Shown here: positions 1-9,500 of the stretch, in pieces
Layout: every line of letters starts with the position of its first letter
How positions within the stretch are numbered: the stretch's first letter is position 1
Origin: Pirellulales bacterium
GTDB lineage: Bacteria; Planctomycetota; Planctomycetia; Pirellulales; UBA1268
Reading direction: 5' to 3'
Length of the DNA stretch: 47,834 bases
NCBI GenBank assembly: GCA_040397565.1
Contig: JBBAVU010000001.1
Coordinates: 1 to 47,834, forward strand
Position numbers and translations under genes: made by a program
The notes under the pieces: generated by a model
Database searches by the model: none
The model's input: only the letters and a program-made list of their open reading frames with translations
Told to the model about the DNA's origin: nothing

Positions 1-81
1 CACGCCCGCGGCCCCTGCGGCACCCGCGAGCTGACGACCTACAAGTACGTCGTCCGCGGCTCGGGCCAGGTTCGGGGATAG
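1..81 (+). CDS. 3' end of an unidentified CDS entering from the left edge (partial)
   Basis: Frame 1 is open from base 1 to TAG at 79-81 (...ELTTYKYVVRGSGQVRG*). 24 of 26 codons end in G/C, like the confident genes in this window. Too short to name. Confidence 0.35.
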   Translation, partial: HARGPCGTRELTTYKYVVRGSGQVRG

Positions 82-156
82 GCCGGCAAACCCCACTTCA
101 GACGGACCCTGCTTTGGGAAGATTCCGACTGTTTTCCGCGAAACTGCGACGCGAGC

Positions 157-190
157 GCCCCCCTTTTTTCGTAGGCACGGGGGCTTTCCT
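157..190 (+). terminator. Weak terminator-like hairpin downstream of the partial left-edge CDS
   Basis: GCCCCC (157-162) can pair with GGGGGC (179-184) across a 16 nt loop, followed by TTTCCT. The loop is large and the U-tract short. Confidence 0.2.
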
Positions 191-229
191 GCGAGCGATA
201 TACGCTTCGCGCAATCGCGAGCCGGTTGC

Positions 230-259
230 TTGACACGTTTTCTGTTGACGGAATAAACT
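230..259 (+). promoter_or_regulatory. Candidate sigma-70-type promoter upstream of the giant repeat-protein gene
   Basis: Perfect TTGACA at 230-235, an 18 nt spacer, then TAAACT at 254-259 (4/6 match to TATAAT). It lies in a locally AT-enriched stretch of an otherwise GC-rich window. No experimental support. Confidence 0.3.
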
Positions 260-550
260 CCCGAACAGTTTGGGAAAGGTTGTACGAAAGCCTTTCCAGA
301 GTTTTCCCAGGAGCAGCTACTGCACGCACCCGTCACCGTGTTCTGCATAAGCAGAAACGCTGGCCTTCTTTTCGTGCGGCAGTGTTTTTCGGCGTCCACC
401 AGGGTGTTTGTTTTGCGCTCACTCCCGGCTCAGCCGCTCCCTTCCCACGGCCTATAGGCCTTCGTTTCGCTCGCCAGTTCCCGGCTTCGGGTGCGTGTTC
501 ATCGGTTCCAGCCCGTTGAATTCACGACCTTTTTCCCCAGAAGCCACAGC

Positions 551-3500
551 ATGATCATGGATCGCATCGCGCCCAGGATGGGTTGTTTCCGTTTCCCGTG
601 TCATCCGAGCCCCCTCGTCGTCTTGGTCACCCTGGCATGCATGCCGCTCGCTGCCTCGCGGCCGGCGGTCGCGCAGACGGCCGTGACGTGGCTCGTGACA
701 GGCTCCGGGGCCTACCCCTGGACGACCGGGAGCGCATGGAGCACGGGCACGGCCCCCAACGCGGTTGGCGCCTCGGCGAGCGTGACAGCCAACATCACTG
801 GCAACCAGACGCTCTCGCTCGACGCGCCAATCACGCTCGGCCGGCTCGACCTGGGCGACCCCGACGGCTCCAACGCCTACACGGTCTCGTCCGCGGCCCC
901 TGCCAATCGCCTCACGTTCGACGCCACGTCGGGCAACGCCATCCTCAACCAGACGTCCACGAGCGCGGCCAATATCATCACGGCCGGCGTGCGGTTGAAC
1001 GACACGCTCGTCGTGACGAACAGCTCGGCGAATGCCCTCACGATCTCCGGGGCGATCATCGGGTCGGGCGGCCTCACGAAGAGCGGGGTGGGCACGCTGA
1101 TCCTCGGCGGAGGCAACTCTTACACCGGGGCCACGACGATCACGGCCGGCACGCTCCAGGTTACGCGAAACGACGCTCTGCCCAGCAGCGCCCTGACGAT
1201 GTCGGGCGGCGCGCTCGATCTCACGGGCGTCAGCGCCTCGGCCGGCGCCTTCTCGGCCTCGGCCGGCGTAAGCCTGACGGGCGGTTCGCTCACCGCCACG
1301 AGCTACGCGTTTTCGAACGCGGCCGATACGGCCACAGTCAGTAGCATTCTGGCAGGCTCCGGTGGGCTCACGAAGACAGGCGCCGGCAACCTCACGCTGA
1401 ACGCCGCCAACACCTACACCGGCGCCACCACCGTGAGCGGCGGCGGCACGCTCACGCTCGGCGTCGCCAACGCCATCGCGAGCACGGGCACGCTGACGAT
1501 GACGAACGGCTCGCTCGTGCTCGGCGGGACCCAGTCGCTCGCCCAGTTCAATGCGACCGACGTCACGCTCGGCTCGGGCACTATTTCCGCCTCAACGGGC
1601 TTCGCCTTCACTGTCGGCTCCGGCACGAACACCGTCGGCACGGTCCTCGCGGGCTCCGGCACCTTCGCGAAGAACGGCAACGGCACGCTCCTGCTCACGG
1701 GCAGCAACAGCTCCACCGGTGCGTACACGATCAACACCGGCGCCCTCGCGATCGGCTCCGCCGAGCGGATCGCAAACACCGCCAGCGTGACGCTCGCCGG
1801 CGGCACGTTCGATCTCGGGGGCTTCGCCGAGACGATCACGAACTTCAATGCCACCGGGGCAGGCACGGTCACCACTGGTACGCTGACCACAACGGGCAGC
1901 TTCGGGTTCAGCAATGCCTCCGGCACGGTGACGGTCGATTCGATTTTGGCGGGCACCCGGGCGCTCACGAAGTCCGGCAACGGCACGACGCTTCTCAACG
2001 CTGCCAACACCTACACCGGCGCCACGACCGTCAGCGGCGGCACGCTCGCCCTTGGCGGGAACGAGCGGATCGCGGACGCAAGCAGCCTCACGCTCTCCGG
2101 AGGCTCGCTCGATCTCCGTGGTAACTCCGAGACGATCACGAACTTCTCCGCCTCGAGCGCGGGTGCCGTGACGGGCGGCACCCTCACTGCGACGGGCACG
2201 TTCGGCGTCAGCAACGCCACGGGCACGGTGCAGATCGACGCCGCCCTCGCCGGTGTGGGCAAAAACCTCACGAAGAGCGGTGCCGGCACGCTCGTGCTCG
2301 CCGGGGTCAACACCTACACCGGCACGACCACCCTCTCCGCCGGCACATTGCAACTCGGCCGCAGCGACGCCCTCGACGACGCCTCGTCGCTCGTGATCTC
2401 CGGCGGCACGATGAGCCTCGGCGGATTCACCGACACCGTGGCCAGCTTCTCGGCGACGGCGGCCGCCACGGTCAACAACGGGACGCTCACCTCGACGGGC
2501 GGCTATGCGGTGAGCAATGCCTCCGGCACCGCGACGATCGATGCGATCCTGGCGGGCGGCGTGAATCTCACCAAGACCGGTGCCGGCACGCTGATCCTCG
2601 GTGCCGCCAACACCTATACCGGCACGACGTCGATTCAGGCGGGCACGCTCCAACTGGGCACGGCGGGCAACCTCGCCTCGACAAGCGCCGTCGATCTCGT
2701 CGGCGGCACGTTCAACCTCAACAGCCGTTCGCAGACGCTCGATGCCTTCTCGATCACGGGCTCGGGCACGGTGACGGCCGGCACGCTGTCGGCCGGCTCC
2801 TACACGGTGAACGCGACGGCCCCGTCGGCGATCAACGCTGCCATGACCGGCAACGGTGCCCTCACGAAATCCGGCACCGGCGTGCTCACGCTCGGCGGAG
2901 CCAATTCGTTCACGGGCGGCACGACGATTAATGACGGCGGCGTGACGGTCAGCGGAGCCAGCGCCGTGCTCGGCGGTGGTGTCACGCTCAACGCCGGCAC
3001 GCTCACGAATAGCGTAGGCAATGGCATCACTGGGGCCGTGACCGTCAACGGCGGCACGTTCACCGGAGCCCAGGCCACGAGCATGGGCGTGCTTACCATT
3101 GCCGGCGGTGCCGTGACGAACACTGGCACGATCACGGCCACGGCAGTGAATGTCACTAATGGCTCGGGCACAACGGCGACGTTCTCCGCGCTCCTCTCGG
3201 CAACAACCGGCGCCTTCACCCGCACGGGCGCTGGCACGCTCGTGATGAGCGGCAGTCTTGCCGCGTACTCGAACACGCTATCGACTGGGAGCCTCGGGCT
3301 GATTCAGGCTGGCAACAATTCGTCTCTTGGAATTGGCCTCCTCAAACTCGAAGGCGCTCAGCTTTCCTCCAACAGCACCACCGCCCGCTCGTTCGCCAAC
3401 AACCAGATTCAAATCACGACCGACACGACCCTCGGCGACACGACAAACACGGGTACCCTCACGTTCGCTTCCGGTACGGGCACGCTCATCGGTGACCGCA

Positions 3501-6500
3501 TCCTCACGGTGAATAGCGACGTGGCGTTCACCCGCCTCTCCAGCACAGGTGCCTTCACGAAGGCCGGCCCCGGCACGCTCACGCTGAGCGGCTCCAACGG
3601 TTTCGGCGGCACCACGATCAATGGTGGCGGCCTCACGCTGGCCGCCTCGTCCACGCTCGCGGGCAATGTCCTTGTCAATACGACGGGCACGCTCACCAAC
3701 TCTTCCGCGGCGGCCAACGCGCTCTCGGGCACGGTGACGCTCGACGGCGGCTCGTTCGCCACAACGGTGAGCACGACCGTCGGCCGTCTGCTCGTGCAGG
3801 GTGCGGGCGGGTCGGTGCTCAACACGGGCACGATCACGGCGACCAACGGCATCGACGTTTCCGCCACGAGCGGGACGGTAGCGTTCACGGCGCCGATCCG
3901 TGGAACGACGGCGTTCGACCGCAGCGGCAGTGCCACGCTCGTGATGAACACGGCAAACACCGGCTACTCCGGCACGGCCACGCTCGGCGGCACCGGCCTC
4001 GTGCAGGTCGGCACCGGCACGGCGTTCGGCACCGGCGCCCTCTCAATTGGTGGCATTCAGTTGTCCTCAAATAGCACCGGCGCCCGCACGATCGGCAACA
4101 ACACCGTGCAGTTCACCGGCGACTCCACGCTCGGCGACGCGGTCAACACCGGCACGCTCACGTTTTCCGGCACGAGCACACTCTCCGGAAACCGCACGCT
4201 CGCGGTCGCGAGCGACGTGATCTTCAGCCGCGGCCTCACCGGCACGGGTAGTGACACGTTCACGAAGACGGGCACGGGCACGCTCACAGTCAACGGCACG
4301 AGCTCGTTCGGCGGCGGTGGAAACGTCCGTGAGGGCACGTTCGCCGTCAGCGGCGCGAACACGAAGCTCAACGGCGCGATCGCCGTGGGCACCGCGGGCA
4401 CGCTCCTCAATTCCACGACCAACGGCGTCACGGGCGCCGTCACGCTCAACGCCGGCGGCGTGTTCAACAACACCGTGACCAACACGGCCACGAGCCTGAC
4501 GGTCAACGGCGGCACGTTCGCCGGATCGGGCAACCTGACGCTCACCACGCTCACGCTCGCCGGCTCCGGCGATTTCGTGAACACGGGATCGCTCACCGCC
4601 TCGGCGATCAACGCCACGGCCGCCTCCGGCACGACAACACTCGGCACGACGCTCACAGGAGCCGGCTCGTTCACGAAGAGTGGCGCGGGCACCGTGGCCG
4701 TGACCGGCTCCAACACGGGCTATACCGGGCCGGTGTCGCTTGGCGCCGGCACCACGCTCGTCGGCTCCGGCACTGCGCTCGGCACCGGCGCGCTCTCGCT
4801 CGGCGGTGCGACGCTCGCCACGTCGGGTAGCCTCTCGCAGACGCTCGGCAACGCCCGCATGAACTTCGACGGCAACGTGACGTTCGGCAGCGGCACCAAC
4901 AACGGCAGCCTCACGCTTTCCGGATCCGGCGTGCTCACGGGTGACCGCACGCTCGACGTGGACGTCGCCACGAGCCTCTCGGGCCCGATGACCGGCGGCT
5001 TCGGCTTCACGAAGACGGGCGGCTCCACACTCACGCTCAACGGCGCTAACACCTACAGCGGCACGACGAGCGTGGCGGCCGGGCAGCTCCGCGTGATGGA
5101 AGCGGCTGGTGCAGGCAAGAGCGGCACCACGATCGTCCAGGGCGGCTCGCTCGTCCTCGGCAACGACACGGCCCTCGGCTCCGACGCCCTGGACCTCTCC
5201 AGCGGCGGCTTCTATTCCAGCGGTGCCCGCACGATTTCCAATGCCGTCACGCTCTCGGGCAGCATCGCGGCCGGCTCGACCGGAAGCGGTGTCAACGGCT
5301 CGCTCACCTTCACCGGCCCGTTCACCCTCTCGGGCGCCGGAAACCGCATCATCAATGCGGGCAACACGATCGCGATCTCGGGCGAGGTCTCGGGCGATGG
5401 CACGCTCGTGAAGCAGGGCGGCTCCTCGCTCACGCTTTCCGGCTCCAACGGCTACTCGGGCGGCACGACGATCTCCAACGGTCTGTTGACCTACTCGACG
5501 GCCGAGGCCCTGCCCGCCACCGGGAACGTCACGATCAGCGGCGGTGCCCTCGCCGCCACGGGGCCGTACGGCAGCGTCACGGCCTGGCTCGGCAGTGGCC
5601 GGATCGCCAACAACCCCAACGGCGCCCTCGCGCTCACGACGAGCAGCACGACCGAGACGATCGACTTCAGTGCGGCCGGTAACTCCGGCTTCGCGAACAT
5701 CCAGAACCTCTCCCTCGGCGCGGCGACGACGCTCACCTACTCCGGGTCGTTCACGCCGTACGAGGCCGACGGCACCCAGACCTACCGGCTCGGCGGGGGA
5801 CCGGGCCTGCTCACGTTCGCCACCGCGATCACCGACGGCGGCACGAACCCGACCCAGGTCGTGATCCGCGGCGACTCGAGCGGCGGCCGCGTGCGATTCG
5901 GCACGGACAACACGTTCACCGGCGATGTGACGCTCTCCTCCAGCTATCTCGACTTCTCGAACCCGAACCAGCTCACAAACGTCACGGGTTCGTCGGGCAA
6001 CGCCCTCGTATTCGAGGGAGGCGGTCTGTACTACTCGGGCACCGACACCGACCTCTCGGACAAGTTCGCCCCGGTTGCAAGCTCCCGGCAGGCGCTCATC
6101 CACACCAACGGCCAGAGCGTCGCGTTCGCCACGGCGATCACCGGCTCGGGAGGCCTGTGGAAGACCGGCGCCGGCACCCTCACGGCCACGGCCGATTACC
6201 TCGGGGCCACGACCGTCAACGGCGGCACACTCACGCTCACGCTCGCGAGCGACGCCGCCTCTGCGCCGATTGGGACGTTCTCGATGTCGAATAACGGGCT
6301 CCTCCAGGTCACCACGGCGACCAACCGCACGGTCAACGCGACCTTTTCGCAGACGTCGGGCGGCACGCTCGAACTCTCGACCACGGGCGGTGCCGAGCTC
6401 ACGCTCTCCGGCGCGCTCACGAGGACCTCGGGCACGTCGAATCTGCCCGGCCCGATTCGCGCGACGGGCGGCACCGTCGTGTTCAACGGCCGCTCGACGA

Positions 6501-9500
6501 CGCCTGCGGTCACCGACTGGACCGTCACCGGCGGCACGCTCGTGCTTTCGAGCACCACGGCCAACCAGAACGACACGACCGTGTCGGTCGCGGCGGGCAG
6601 CACCGTCCGGCTCGGCGCGTCGAACCAGATCCTCACGGCGGTGGAGGGCCTCTCGGGCACGTTCGACCTCGCGGGCTACTCCGATACGTTCGAGACCGTC
6701 AGCGGCACGGGGGTCGTCACCAACTCGAACAGTCTCGCCCCGAGCACGCTCACGCTCACGACTGGCGGCACGCTCACGCCCACGTTCACCGACTCGGGTT
6801 CCGTCGGCAGCCTGCGGCTCGTGTTCAGCGGCTCCGATGCGAGCCAGATGTTCACGATGGCGAACAACGCAAATAGCTACGTCGGCGGCACGGAGATCAC
6901 GCAGGGCGTGCTCGCGATCGGCTCGGGGGCGAACGTGCTCGGCGGCGTCGCCGGCTCGCTCACCGCGGCCGGCACGGCGCTCACGGGCTCGACGGGCACC
7001 GTCGTGATCCAGAGCACCGACTCGGGGAGCCGGACCTACGGTGGTGAGTTCCGCGTGGCAGGGCCGGTCACGCTCGGCGGCGGCTCGACCGGTGATCTGA
7101 CGTTCTCGGGGGCCACGACGCTCGTCACCACAAGTACGATCGCCAACGACGGCAGCGTCACGCTTTCCGGCCCGGTCGGGGGAGCCAATGGCTTCACGAA
7201 GACGGGGGCCGGCCTGCTCACGCTCTCCGGCAATAACACCTACAGCGGCCTGACGACGCTCGCCTCCGGCACGCTCCTCGCGAGCGGGGCGAACTCGGGC
7301 TCGGGCGGCACGCGGCTCGAGGCCGGCCAACTACTCGTGGGGGCAAGCGACCCGCTCGCGTCGGGCACGCTCTCCTTCGCCGGCGGCGCCGTGTCGAGCG
7401 ATGGCCTCTCCGCCCGCTTGCTCTCCAACCCGCTCCTGTTCTCCGCCGCCACCACGCTCGGCGACGGCAGCCGCACCGGTGGCCTGACCTTCACGGGCGT
7501 CGGCACCGGCACAGATACGCAGACGCTCACCGTCGCGAGCGACGTGACGCTTGCTGGAGCCCTCTCCGGCGGCCTCGGCCTCATGAAGGCCGGAGCAGCC
7601 TCGCTCACGATCACGAGCGCCGCCAACTCGTTCACCGGCGGTGTCGCGCTCACCGCCGGCGAGATCCGTGTGGGAGCCAACGCCGCCCTCGGCACCGGCA
7701 CGCTCACGCTCACGAGCGGCTCGCTCACGAGCGACGGCGTCTCGGCTCGCACCATGGCGAACGCCGTCTCGCTCGCCGGCAGCGTGACGCTCGGCGACAC
7801 GGTCGACACAGGCCTGCTGACGTTTGACGGCGCGACGACGATGACGGCCAACAGCACGATCACGGTCGTGAGCGACGTCGCATTCGGCGGCAGCATCGGC
7901 AACGACGGCACGAGCCGCACGCTCACGAAGGCCGGTGCGGGCACGCTCACCCTGGCGGGCGTCAACTCCTACGGCGCGACCACGCTCAACGCGGGCCGAA
8001 TCCGCCTGGCCAACGCCTCCGTACTCGGCACGACCGGCACGGTGACGCTGAATGCCGGCACCCTCTCGAGCGACAGCTCCACGGCCCGCACCATCACCAA
8101 TCCCGTGACGCTCGGCGGCGATGTGACACTCGGCAGCGCGGCCGAGAACGGCGCCCTCTCGTTGACGGGCACCTCGACGCTCACGGGCAATCGCACCGTA
8201 GCGTTCGCGAGCGATGCCACGATGAACGTGATCGCCGGATCCTTCCTGTTCACGAAGACGGGCACGGGCACGCTCACGATCACCGGCGCGGGCACCCAGG
8301 CCGGCACAACGATTGAGGCCGGCACCGTCCGGATCGGCAGCGTTGCGTCGCTCGGCAACTCTGGCACCGTCACGCTCGGTCAGGGCGTCACGCTCACGAG
8401 CACGGGCACGACGGGCTACACGGTCGCGCGGCCGCTCGTTCTGGCGGGCGACGCCACACTCGGCGCGACGGCCGATTACACGGGCCCGCTCACCTTCAAT
8501 GGCACGACATCCTTCGTGGCCGACCGCACGCTCACCGTGTCGAGCAGCGTGACGATCTCGGGGACCATCCTGGGCGGGGCAAACAGCCTGACCAAGTCCG
8601 GTAATGGCACGCTCACCCTCTCCGCCTCGAACGCCTACGGCAACACGCTCGTCTCGGCAGGCAGCGTGCGGGTGGGCAGCAACAGCGCGCTCGGCACGAC
8701 GGGCACGATCACGCTCGGAGAGGGTGTCACGCTCACCGGAACCGGCACCGTCGCCCGCACGATCGACCGTCCACTCGTCATTGACGGCGACGTCACGCTC
8801 GGTGCGGCCGCCACCGACACGGCGGCCCTCGCGTTCACCGGCGGCTCGACGCTGACGGGCAACCGCACGCTCACGGTCCTGAGCACGTCCACACTCGCCG
8901 ACGTGACCGGAGCAGGGTTCGGTCTCGCGAAGACCGGTACGGCGACGCTCACCCTGATCGGCACCGGCGGCTACGGCAACACGCTGCTGAGTTCGGGAAC
9001 GCTGCGGGTCGGCGACGACGCCGCCCTGGGCACGTCTGGCACGCTCTCGCTCGCCGCAGGCACGACGGTGTCCGGTACCGGCACCGCGGCCCGCACGATC
9101 TCCAATCCGGTTTCACTGCCGAACGGGGGCGTCACGCTCGGCAACGCGACCGACTCCGGCACGCTCGCCTTCACCGGCACGACGACGCTCGTCGGCACCT
9201 CCACGGCCACGATCGCGAGCCCCGTGACGATGGGCCCGGTCGCAGGCCCCGGTCTGACGTTGCAGAAGGGCGGCACGAGCGTGCTCACGCTCGACGGCGT
9301 CAACGACGTGGCGGGCGTGACGCTTTCCGCCGGCCGGCTGCGGATCGGCAACGACGGGGCCGTCGGCCCGTCGACCCTGCTGACGCTGACCTCCGGCACG
9401 CTCTCGAGCGACGGGGTGGCCGCCCGCTCCGTGGCTGGAAACGTGCTCGTCAACGGCAACGTCACGCTCGGCGACTCGACCGACACGGCGGCCCTCACGC

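Noticed and set aside
4067-7330. 1087 aa minus-strand ORF, plus many other 60-350 aa ORFs on both strands inside 491-11737
   Set aside because: They are antisense or out of frame to the giant repeat gene. Their products are Arg/Ala/Gly/Pro-rich low-complexity strings with no motifs. Long stop-free antisense frames are expected at ~70% GC.
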